Source: a virus (lineage: Duplodnaviria; Caudoviricetes). From it: a stretch of DNA of 35,569 nt. The position numbers and the translations under genes are program-made. The stretch is from IMG/VR virus record IMGVR_UViG_3300011339_000909, positions 1-35,569 of that record; one strand, written 5' to 3'. Positions 18,056 to 24,956 of the stretch are shown piece after piece. Below the pieces are notes generated by a model that saw only the letters and a list, made by a program, of their open reading frames with translations, made no database searches and had not been told where the DNA came from. Numbering within the stretch: the first letter of the stretch is position 1; every line of letters starts with the position of its first letter.

Positions 18056-18358
18056 TTAAATAAATACGGCTCTCTCGACTTCTTTAACCACGGACACGTA
18101 GTCCTTATCTTCTGCTATCCTTCTCTCTACAGCAGAAATCCCATGGATGATTGATGGGTGCGCAATGCTGTACCCTCCCTCATTCATGTACCTCTCGATG
18201 TAAGTAATTTGCATCGGTCTCTTGGCACATAGGTAGTAGACCAATTGTCTAGCATCTACTATGGCCCGCTTCTTATTCTTGGAGAAGAAGTCCTCCTTTG
18301 TAATCCCGAACAGGTCCACGACCCGCTCTACGTACTGATTAAACACGTCCTGTTTCAT
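18056..18358 (-). CDS. Stand-alone DnaA C-terminal (domain IV)-like DNA-binding protein
   Basis: VVDLFGITKEDFFSKNKKRAIVDARQLVYYLC...HPSIIHGI matches the domain IV pattern; no AAA+ domain. Confidence 0.8.
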   Translation of the reverse strand: MKQDVFNQYVERVVDLFGITKEDFFSKNKKRAIVDARQLVYYLCAKRPMQITYIERYMNEGGYSIAHPSIIHGISAVERRIAEDKDYVSVVKEVERAVFI

Positions 18359-18386
18359 GGATGTAAATATATTAAAATGTTTAATA

Positions 18387-18629
18387 TTAGTCTATTTTTT
18401 GCATGACTTTTTCTAAAAAAAGATTCTTCTCCACCTCCTCTATGTCCTTACTCCGATTGGTGTTGCACTCGTAGTACGACCCGTCCCAAAGCATTTGGAT
18501 GTAGTATCCACCATCGTAGGCCATCACATCGTCACAGGCACCCAGCAATTTTACGTCTGGAAATAGGGATAGAAAGTGTTTTCTGGTGTAGCATATCCCA
18601 GAGTCTCGCCAATTTTTGAAATCTTCCAT
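18387..18629 (-). CDS. Hypothetical protein
   Basis: ORF in operon. Confidence 0.6.
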   Translation of the reverse strand: MEDFKNWRDSGICYTRKHFLSLFPDVKLLGACDDVMAYDGGYYIQMLWDGSYYECNTNRSKDIEEVEKNLFLEKVMQKID

Positions 18630-18642
18630 AATTTTAAATTGA

Positions 18643-18849
18643 TTATTTTTCGTTTAAATCTGATTTTAATTTTTCAATGTACAAAGTAGCGTCCATCAGT
18701 TCCTCTTGCAAATGGGTAAGCCACTCAATTAGAGTGGCCTTGTTGTCTTCAAGAGTTGTCCCATACTTAGCCATTCCTAGCCTAGACCTAAGGTTGTACT
18801 TGTCCACTACCTTGCCTACGATTATGTCTTGATTCAATCGATTATCCAT
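18643..18849 (-). CDS. Small all-alpha nucleotide pyrophosphohydrolase-like (MazG-like) protein
   Basis: GMAKYGTTL...WLTHLQEELMDATLY (EExxD). Confidence 0.5.
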   Translation of the reverse strand: MDNRLNQDIIVGKVVDKYNLRSRLGMAKYGTTLEDNKATLIEWLTHLQEELMDATLYIEKLKSDLNEK

Positions 18850-19228
18850 AGACTACCTCCCCCATGGCTAGGTATTGGAACACAATGTCAGCGGAATCCG
18901 CATCCCCGTTCCCTTCAATGTGGGCAAGAAGATGCTCACGATTGTAACCTGTTGCTAAATCGCTTAGCCTATCAGCCATTGTCTCTAGGCTTATCCATCC
19001 GATTATGTCCTCCTCGTTCTCGACATCGTTGATAGGGATATTAACACCCTTCATTACAGCCTTGAATGTGGCTACAGATAGGCACGACTCCTCTTCTCTA
19101 GGTATCGCCTTTCTTATTAACCGCACCGCGTCATTGCTAAGGAAGTACCAATAGTTGCTGCCTCCTTCGATAGCCGTTACGAACACATCCTCTAGGACTG
19201 ACTCGTCAATTTCAAATTCAATTTTCAT
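18842..19228 (-). CDS. Hypothetical phage protein
   Basis: TAIEGGSNYW...DADSADIVFQ...GEVVYG. Confidence 0.7.
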   Translation of the reverse strand: MKIEFEIDESVLEDVFVTAIEGGSNYWYFLSNDAVRLIRKAIPREEESCLSVATFKAVMKGVNIPINDVENEEDIIGWISLETMADRLSDLATGYNREHLLAHIEGNGDADSADIVFQYLAMGEVVYG

Positions 19229-19413
19229 TTTACTGCTCGTTTTAAAATGTTTAAATTTTTCTTTGTAGGGTTATCCTCGTTTTTAGTGAGGTCTATTAAC
19301 TCCATGTCGGAGATTACCTTTGACCATTGTTTGGCCGTTTTAGGGCTAGTGTAGGTCACTCTGTAATGACCATGTCCTGCAAATTCGAACTGAAAATTAT
19401 TTTGTGATTCCAT
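19225..19413 (-). CDS. Hypothetical protein
   Basis: GHGHYRVTYTSPKT; ATGA-coupled to downstream gene. Confidence 0.65.
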   Translation of the reverse strand: MESQNNFQFEFAGHGHYRVTYTSPKTAKQWSKVISDMELIDLTKNEDNPTKKNLNILKRAVK

Positions 19414-19558
19414 TTTTGATTTGTTGAATTAATTTGATTACTAGGTCCTGCTCCTTTGCAGTTACGTTGTCAGCGTAGTACAGAGCATCAGATACTGATT
19501 CTAGGGCGTGCTCGAGGTCTATGTCATTAGGCACCTCGATAGTGATTGTTACTTTCAT
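19397..19558 (-). CDS. Hypothetical protein, 53 aa (not in ORF track)
   Basis: MKVTITIEVPND...GITK*; ATGA overlap with upstream gene. Confidence 0.6.
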   Translation of the reverse strand: MKVTITIEVPNDIDLEHALESVSDALYYADNVTAKEQDLVIKLIQQIKNGITK

Positions 19559-19779
19559 ATTTCAATTCGCTTAGGGGTTGTGTAAAAATAAATTTGATTG
19601 TCGGGATATGCGTCAATTAGCGCATCAATTAGCGAATCATCGGTATACTCATCGCCTCCAGCCCGCTCGTAAAATACGATTGGCTCGATTATTTTTACTA
19701 TTTGAAACTCGGTCAAGTCTGTGAATAGGATGAAGTTCTCTTCCTCCCATGCCGTGGTGTTGATTTCGAATGCTTTCAT
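19555..19779 (-). CDS. Acidic hypothetical protein
   Basis: ATGA-coupled ORF. Confidence 0.65.
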   Translation of the reverse strand: MKAFEINTTAWEEENFILFTDLTEFQIVKIIEPIVFYERAGGDEYTDDSLIDALIDAYPDNQIYFYTTPKRIEI

Positions 19780-19907
19780 TTGAATTTTTTATAGATGATG
19801 TAAAAGATAAACCCAATGTGCAGGCCGATGTAAATGGCCAGCGCAAGAGGGAGGCCGATGAAAAGTAATTTCATCAGCTCCCCTACAATTGATAGTGCCC
19901 TGTTCAT
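19776..19907 (-). CDS. Small membrane protein, 43 aa (not in ORF track)
   Basis: MNRALSIVGELMKLLFIGLPLALAIYIGLHIGFIFYIIYKKFK*. Confidence 0.55.
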   Translation of the reverse strand: MNRALSIVGELMKLLFIGLPLALAIYIGLHIGFIFYIIYKKFK

Positions 19908-19909
19908 GG

Positions 19910-20185
19910 CTAGTTATTCGATAAATTATCAAACAAATCGTCAATGTTTGCCGAGTTCCTGTACTGCTCAACCATGCCAACTAGACTAGTCGTGGCCATC
20001 AACAAAATAATCCTGTAGTCTACACAGGTGTGGAGTAATTGGCTAAGTCTACTTAGCTTCTCTTCATCGCTGGCCTCATAGATGGCCATGACGGCCGCTA
20101 ATTGGTTCGCAAATGAGTGTGGGTCTACATTTAGTGCACGCACTAATGATGACGCCTCGTGGTCGAAATTCATTTCTTTCTTCAT
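19910..20185 (-). CDS. Hypothetical protein
   Basis: A-rich start context 22 nt after the hammerhead. Confidence 0.65.
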   Translation of the reverse strand: MKKEMNFDHEASSLVRALNVDPHSFANQLAAVMAIYEASDEEKLSRLSQLLHTCVDYRIILLMATTSLVGMVEQYRNSANIDDLFDNLSNN

Positions 20186-20207
20186 GTTGTAAATTGTTTT
20201 TTGGGTT

Positions 20208-20258
20208 GCAGTTTCATCCTTTTGGAATCATCAGCACGGGCACACACCCGTGGACTGC
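20208..20258 (-). ncRNA. Hammerhead ribozyme, type III
   Basis: GCAG-UC^CACGGG-UGUGUG-CCCGUG-CUGAUGA-UUCC-AAAA-GGAU-GAAA-CUGC: full core, three stems, intergenic. Confidence 0.92.
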
Positions 20259-20280
20259 GGGCCCATGCAGGGCCCACTAA

Positions 20281-20481
20281 CTAGGTATTTATGAAGCCTC
20301 CTTCGATGCCAATTTTGGTCCCATTTGCAACGCATCTTTCTAGGGACTCAATGTCGAAAATTAATCCCTCTGAGCCATCATCGTATACTGCGTACAACTC
20401 AAATAAATTTGACTCGAATATCTCTTTTGCCTGTCGGGTCACAATTAACCACACGAAGCCGTCAATAATTTTAATGTCCAT
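20281..20481 (-). CDS. Hypothetical protein
   Basis: A-rich start context. Confidence 0.65.
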   Translation of the reverse strand: MDIKIIDGFVWLIVTRQAKEIFESNLFELYAVYDDGSEGLIFDIESLERCVANGTKIGIEGGFINT

Positions 20482-20521
20482 GATTTTATTTGATTTTAGG
20501 TGTTATTGAACTAATTATATG

Positions 20522-20553
20522 CTAACGTAATACTAGAAATAGACATTTGCAAG
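20522..20553 (-). promoter_or_regulatory. Possible Bacteroidota-type promoter overlapped by a dyad
   Basis: CTTG-N20-TACGTTAG (variant of TTTG...TAnnTTTG); AGACATT/AATGTCT inverted repeat around the upstream box. Confidence 0.4.
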
Positions 20554-20562
20554 CGCAATGTC

Positions 20563-20706
20563 TTATTTTTTTACTTTTGCTACCAAATTTAATTGGTATC
20601 CCGATTGGGCTCTGGCCCGCTCAATGGCCTCATATCTGGTGGACGCTAAGCCCTCCCAGATATTTATGCCACTTGTCCACACGGAATAATAAGTTTTCTT
20701 TTCCAC
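20563..20706 (-). CDS. Hypothetical protein, 47 aa, GTG start (not in ORF track)
   Basis: Open frame filling the gap immediately after the upstream TAG. Confidence 0.45.
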   Translation of the reverse strand: MEKKTYYSVWTSGINIWEGLASTRYEAIERARAQSGYQLNLVAKVKK

Positions 20707-20889
20707 CTACTCTATTTTAGTTAGGTTGAACGGCTCAGCATCAAGGCCAAACTCAAAGGTGTAGCCCTCGGCCTTAAGGTCGACTAGCATTCTCTCACAA
20801 GCCTCGTAGCTCTTTTCCTCCCAAGCATATTCCCATAGTATTTTTTGAACTCGCTTGGGTAGTGTGTCTATTGCTTCAAATAGGTCCAT
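20707..20889 (-). CDS. Hypothetical protein
   Basis: MDLFE...GYTFEFGLDAEPFNL; TAATG coupling. Confidence 0.7.
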   Translation of the reverse strand: MDLFEAIDTLPKRVQKILWEYAWEEKSYEACERMLVDLKAEGYTFEFGLDAEPFNLTKIE

Positions 20890-21083
20890 TACTTTAGATT
20901 TTGGTTGGTTGGATAGTAGCGAACGCCTGTAGCGTCCGCACTTAAATTGATATTGAACTTCTCGTGCAAAGCCTCAAGCTCCTGCAAATATTGAGCACCC
21001 TGCTCAGCGTTTAATCGGGTCAAGCGGTCGATAACGTCCTGCACTAGCTCCCGTCTCTTTTCAAAATTGATTTGGTAGAACAT
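20889..21083 (-). CDS. Hypothetical protein
   Basis: ORF in operon. Confidence 0.6.
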   Translation of the reverse strand: MFYQINFEKRRELVQDVIDRLTRLNAEQGAQYLQELEALHEKFNINLSADATGVRYYPTNQNLK

Positions 21084-21088
21084 GATTT

Positions 21089-21196
21089 TTAGTAGTTTAT
21101 TTTATTTAATTCCATGCCGTACAATACGCCAAGGGTGATGATTATGCCCATGATTCCAAAGGCGATAAGGGTCGAAAGCAATTCTTCTTTTCTCAT
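21089..21196 (-). CDS. Small membrane protein, 35 aa (not in ORF track)
   Basis: MRKEELLSTLIAFGIMGIIITLGVLYGMELNKINY*. Confidence 0.5.
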   Translation of the reverse strand: MRKEELLSTLIAFGIMGIIITLGVLYGMELNKINY

Positions 21197-21199
21197 GGT

Positions 21200-21412
21200 T
21201 TAGATGTTGTTTCGGTAGCAAAAGTTGTCAAAATAGGCGTTCTCATTTGCCTTGATGTGGGCGAAGGTTTGGAGCACATCCTTTTGGTCTTTGTAGACCT
21301 TTGAATCCATGCCGTAGGCCTTGCCGTCAAAATAGATTGACTCGCCTTGCTTAATTGTTTTGCCCGTCTCAGCGCAAGCGCTTTTAAATCGGGCTGTAAT
21401 AAATTTACCCAT
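21200..21412 (-). CDS. Hypothetical protein
   Basis: ITARFKSACAETGKTIKQGE; starts 15 nt after the hammerhead. Confidence 0.7.
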   Translation of the reverse strand: MGKFITARFKSACAETGKTIKQGESIYFDGKAYGMDSKVYKDQKDVLQTFAHIKANENAYFDNFCYRNNI

Positions 21413-21427
21413 AGTTTTGTTTGTTTT

Positions 21428-21477
21428 GGTTAAGAGCCCTCACGGGCTTTCTAGCAATTAGCCGTCATCAGTTAACC
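21428..21477 (-). ncRNA. Hammerhead ribozyme, type I
   Basis: GGUUAA-CUGAUGA-CGGC-UAAUU-GCUA-GAAA-GCCC-GUGA-GGGC-UC^UUAACC. Confidence 0.85.
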
Positions 21478-21777
21478 TTTGTTGGCCTTCCACCACCTGC
21501 AGAACCTGTATACTGCCTCGTGTACATCTTCAATGTATGCGAACGGCAACACATCTTCCAAGTGGCGCATTTCGGCTTCTGCCCCCGCCTCGTAATAGTT
21601 TATGTTGCGCATGATTTTAGCCACCACAGGCATGAGCCAATCCCATGACTCGTGGTATTTTAGTCTAGAAATCCTGTCTTCAGACATTGTTATAGCACCA
21701 AGCACGTGGCTATCAAAATCAGCAATAAGCAGATTTTTTTCTCTGATTTCTAACTCTTGGTTGATTGGATGTCTCAT
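21472..21777 (-). CDS. Hypothetical phage protein
   Basis: LKYHESWDWLMPVVAKI motif; start taken at MRHPIN. Confidence 0.7.
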   Translation of the reverse strand: MRHPINQELEIREKNLLIADFDSHVLGAITMSEDRISRLKYHESWDWLMPVVAKIMRNINYYEAGAEAEMRHLEDVLPFAYIEDVHEAVYRFCRWWKANKG

Positions 21778-21791
21778 GATTTTTTTGGGGT

Positions 21792-22211
21792 TTAGATGTG
21801 CATAAAAGATTCGTTGCACCCATCGGCATTGGACTGCTCAATTTTTACGGCTATGTTAAGCCATTTGTCGGACGTCTCAGAATAGGATTCGGCCAATCCC
21901 TCGAAGCCTTCATGTCGTGCATTTACGCTCTTTACGCCGTAATCTTTAAACATGGCGAACGCTTCAAAACGACTCACTTCTACCAAGTTAGCTTGGGGCT
22001 CAGAGTTGGCGATTTTTTCTAGATTACTTAGGAATTCTAGTGGGATTTGGCCTGTAATATCTTGACCCCAAATAGACTTGGCTATGCTCATTATGGCTAC
22101 CTTTTGGCCCTGTAAATAGTCGTAATCGATGTGATTTTCTTGCCACATACGTTTGCAAAATTCGTATTGATTCAAAAGGGATTTTGCGAGGGTTTGCTCT
22201 AAATTTTTCAT
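21792..22211 (-). CDS. Hypothetical protein
   Basis: A-rich start context. Confidence 0.65.
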   Translation of the reverse strand: MKNLEQTLAKSLLNQYEFCKRMWQENHIDYDYLQGQKVAIMSIAKSIWGQDITGQIPLEFLSNLEKIANSEPQANLVEVSRFEAFAMFKDYGVKSVNARHEGFEGLAESYSETSDKWLNIAVKIEQSNADGCNESFMHI

Positions 22212-22236
22212 GGTTTTAGGTGTTTTATGGTTTAAA

Positions 22237-22947
22237 TTAATGTTCTAAAATTTGAATATTCTTGGTGCCTTTTCTTGCCCCACTGCAAAGGCCACACTTT
22301 TCGCAAGTTGACTTGAAACCCGCTTCTTTACTCGCAGGGCAAACCACGGCACCTACCAAGGGCTTATCCGTAGCAATAAACGAACGGAAGCCTAGATTTT
22401 TGGCATGATTGGATTGGATTTCGCTGTGAGTCGATGCCATGAAAAAAGCCGCATAGTCGGGCTTTTTGGCCCATTGGTGGGTATAGCCCGTGTGGGACTT
22501 GCTGGCTTTAACCATGTTTGAAACCAAGTCCAACGGCAATAAAGTTGGTTCCCCGTACGTGCCAAAACGAATATATTTGTCGTTTGAAATTTCAACTATT
22601 TTCTTTTCCAACAAGTGGATTGAAGGGACTTCCTGCACGTTTTTGAATTCACGTGCAATGCTTTTAAGCATAGAAACAAAGCCGCTGTATTGCTGATATT
22701 TATGGGTGTAGCATTTAAGATAGGCCCTAAAAGGACAATCGAAACAAACAGAGTCGGCAAGGTCAAAGAAGGTCTTGGGGTCAATTTTTTGGCCGTTTTT
22801 TACCGACTCAGATACGTAGGTAAATTGCGCATCCGAGAAACTATATACCTGCAAAATTTTCTCCGTGCCGTTTGAAATTTTGGCATTTGTCGTCTTATCT
22901 AGTTTAAAAACTAGAATCGCTCCATTTACTTTTGTTGTAACTCGCAT
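22237..22947 (-). CDS. Cys-rich, probably Fe-S-binding phage protein (Gp88-like)
   Basis: SVCFDCPF...KCY, IRFGTYGEP, TGYTHQW, CPAS...CEKCGLC; start reassigned to MRVTTK. Confidence 0.6.
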   Translation of the reverse strand: MRVTTKVNGAILVFKLDKTTNAKISNGTEKILQVYSFSDAQFTYVSESVKNGQKIDPKTFFDLADSVCFDCPFRAYLKCYTHKYQQYSGFVSMLKSIAREFKNVQEVPSIHLLEKKIVEISNDKYIRFGTYGEPTLLPLDLVSNMVKASKSHTGYTHQWAKKPDYAAFFMASTHSEIQSNHAKNLGFRSFIATDKPLVGAVVCPASKEAGFKSTCEKCGLCSGARKGTKNIQILEH

Positions 22948-22981
22948 AAAGGTTTGGGTTTGGTTATAAATTAAATTTTGG

Positions 22982-23022
22982 TTCCCGCTCGCAATCGAAT
23001 GCCACATCTTAAATGGCGGGAA
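22982..23022 (-). ncRNA. Mini three-way-junction element with T-loop-like hairpin
   Basis: TTCCCGC/GCGGGAA closing stem; CAT-TTAAG-ATG; GCA-TTCGAT-TGC. Confidence 0.45.
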
Positions 23023-23029
23023 TTTATTT

Positions 23030-23248
23030 TTAGGCTAGTCTAGGCACGAAGTGGTCGCAATCGCTTCTAAGCCCGTTGTAATCATGTAAAATGGTCTCAT
23101 ATACTAGGCTCGGATTATTGGCCTCCAATTGGGCCAATTTGTCGTAATACGGGGCCAGCTCCATAGAAGCATAGGCGCACCAATAAGCGCTCTTTTCTAC
23201 CTTAAAATACTTTTCAACAATTAAGAAAGTAGGGATAAAATTTTCCAT
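23030..23248 (-). CDS. Hypothetical early protein
   Basis: A-rich start context. Confidence 0.6.
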   Translation of the reverse strand: MENFIPTFLIVEKYFKVEKSAYWCAYASMELAPYYDKLAQLEANNPSLVYETILHDYNGLRSDCDHFVPRLA

Positions 23249-23273
23249 GGTTTTAGATGTTTAGGGTTATAGA

Positions 23274-23585
23274 TTATTTGGTTGCTTTTTTGAATGCTTT
23301 AAGGATAATGTTTAATGTGTAGTTCAAGTGCTTAGCGCAGTACTCATCACCACATACAGACTTCTTATTCATGTTGTAGCGCTCCTTGGTTTCAAAGTAA
23401 TTATGTCTTAAGGAAGCGTCATCTGATGGACGAATAGTAACGAATTGATTCTTTACTTCAATTGGCTTGATTTGTACGTAGTAAGGCCAAGTCCCCCCTG
23501 CATAGGTTACAGGGATATCAGCGGAATCATTGACTGCATCCAGCATTGAGTTGATTTCTTCGATTTTCTTAAGTAGTGCTTTCAT
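23274..23585 (-). CDS. Hypothetical protein, first gene of the early strand
   Basis: Start reassigned to MKALLK, downstream of the promoter. Confidence 0.65.
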   Translation of the reverse strand: MKALLKKIEEINSMLDAVNDSADIPVTYAGGTWPYYVQIKPIEVKNQFVTIRPSDDASLRHNYFETKERYNMNKKSVCGDEYCAKHLNYTLNIILKAFKKATK

Positions 23586-23650
23586 GTTGTAAGTTGTTGA
23601 TTTGTAGATAGTTAGATGAATTCTCGTATATCGGGCGTCTCCCGCATGTA

Positions 23651-23682
23651 CAATAGTAGTACTTTTCTTTATTCTACGCAAG
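23651..23682 (-). promoter_or_regulatory. Early-strand promoter
   Basis: CTTGCGT-N17-TACTATTG. Confidence 0.6.
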
Positions 23683-23807
23683 TAGTGGCGCATTTTTTTT
23701 TATTTACCTGCATAAATATTTTCAGTTCAATTAGTTAGCATGACAACTATTGTTGCGCTAAGTTTTAGTATACCAAGGGAAGGAGTGGGATAAAGAGAAG
23801 TCTCTTT

Positions 23808-23869
23808 GTGACACTATTTGTCGCAAATGTTTTTTTGTGTGGGATTATTCGTGACACTATTTGTCGCAA
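23808..23869. repeat. Two identical 19-bp quasi-palindromes GTGACACTATTTGTCGCAA
   Basis: Exact copies at 23808-23826 and 23851-23869. Confidence 0.85.
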
Positions 23870-24205
23870 GCTATATGCATTCATTCGCATATTCGTGTAA
23901 GCGGGTAAGCATTGATGGAGCGGGCCGTGGGACGTGGGCCGTTACACGTGGGACGTGTACCTATTCAATCTATTTGCATTCAAGGGACGGGCACGGGCCC
24001 TACATGGGACCAGCAAAACGCCAAAAAATCCGAGAAGCGCCAACGGATTCGACCCCCCACCCCAAAAAAAAAAGTCGTTTTCCGTAGAGAGCTCGCTTCG
24101 TCAAACCGCTATATAGCCCCCACACTCCAGATATCTGATGTCTGATATAGTGCACCTTATCGAGGCTATTGTCTTTAGCGAATGATAAGTCATTCAATTA
24201 ATTAT

Positions 24206-24213
24206 TATATTTG
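24206..24213 (+). promoter_or_regulatory. TAnnTTTG promoter -7 box
   Basis: TATATTTG 25 nt before ATG 24239. The same box precedes genes at 24892, 27541 (TACATTTG), 29038 and 32344. Confidence 0.6.
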
Positions 24214-24238
24214 GAGAGTTGCAACTAAAAAAAATGAT

Positions 24239-24475
24239 ATGAAGAAGTTAAAGCTTAGTAACTCTATTTACGCTGGTGGTGTAATGATGGGTAGTGGACT
24301 TGATGTCCAAGGTGGGAGATTGATTAACAATCGTCCTGATGGTATGACGGGCCTTGCTCAGATGGCTGCTAATAAAAAAATCATGAAGCGCATGGATAAG
24401 ATTGAGATGTACTCTGAGGCTGTTGCTTTGGGTAACATGAAGTCAGAGATGATGGAGGGACCTGAGGAGATGTAA
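24239..24475 (+). CDS. Met-rich hypothetical protein
   Basis: Start at MKKLKL, between promoter and terminator. Confidence 0.65.
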   Translation: MKKLKLSNSIYAGGVMMGSGLDVQGGRLINNRPDGMTGLAQMAANKKIMKRMDKIEMYSEAVALGNMKSEMMEGPEEM

Positions 24476-24548
24476 GCCTATAGGTTTGCATTTTAAAAAA
24501 CTTTGTGTACCTTTAAGTACATAGTTGTTTTGGGTTTGTTTTAGAAAT

Positions 24549-24575
24549 GGGTACTCATGTTGGGTACCTTTTTTT
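24549..24575 (+). terminator. Intrinsic terminator
   Basis: GGTACTCA-TGT-TGGGTACC followed by T7. Confidence 0.75.
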
Positions 24576-24632
24576 GCCCAACAGAAACTCTTAAATATGC
24601 CCAATAGTTGAAACCGACATTATTGACATGGG

Positions 24633-24803
24633 TTTATGTCGTTTTTTATGTCGATTTTTTTTTCTTAACTTATTGATTATTAATACTTTATTTTTTTTAT
24701 GTCGAAAATGTCGATTTTAAAGAAAGAATATAATGGAAAAAAAATATAAAGGAGAGAAATATATATATAGTAGTATAGGGGAAATAAATTGTCATTTCCG
24801 ACA
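24633..24803. promoter_or_regulatory. Origin-like element, copy 2
   Basis: Four ATGTCG, IHF-consensus TAACTTATTGATT, AT-rich tract, TATAGGGGAAAT, CCGACA; colinear with 14545-14704. Confidence 0.6.
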
Positions 24804-24868
24804 ATAACCTGATTCTCAGGTTATTAATCGACATTAATCCTGCAAACTTGGTTTAAAACCGTCATGGC

Positions 24869-24928
24869 CTTGACAAATCGTCATTCATGCTTATATTTGT
24901 TCTGTGCTACCCCAAGGGGTGGCATAGA
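24869..24928 (+). promoter_or_regulatory. groEL promoter and 5' leader hairpin
   Basis: CTTGACA...TATATTTG, then TCTGTGCTACCC/GGGTGGCATAGA hairpin at 24901-24928. Confidence 0.65.
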
Positions 24929-24956
24929 TTAAAGTTAAAAATCTAAATCAAATCAA

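Noticed and set aside
19860-19885. CTGATGA suggesting a third hammerhead
   Set aside because: No stem II/GAAA arrangement; lies inside a membrane-peptide ORF. The CTGATGA matches at ~6852 and ~16814 are likewise within coding sequence.
23818-24197. Four overlapping short ORFs
   Set aside because: No start context, repeat and homopolymer content, located in the divergent non-coding region.
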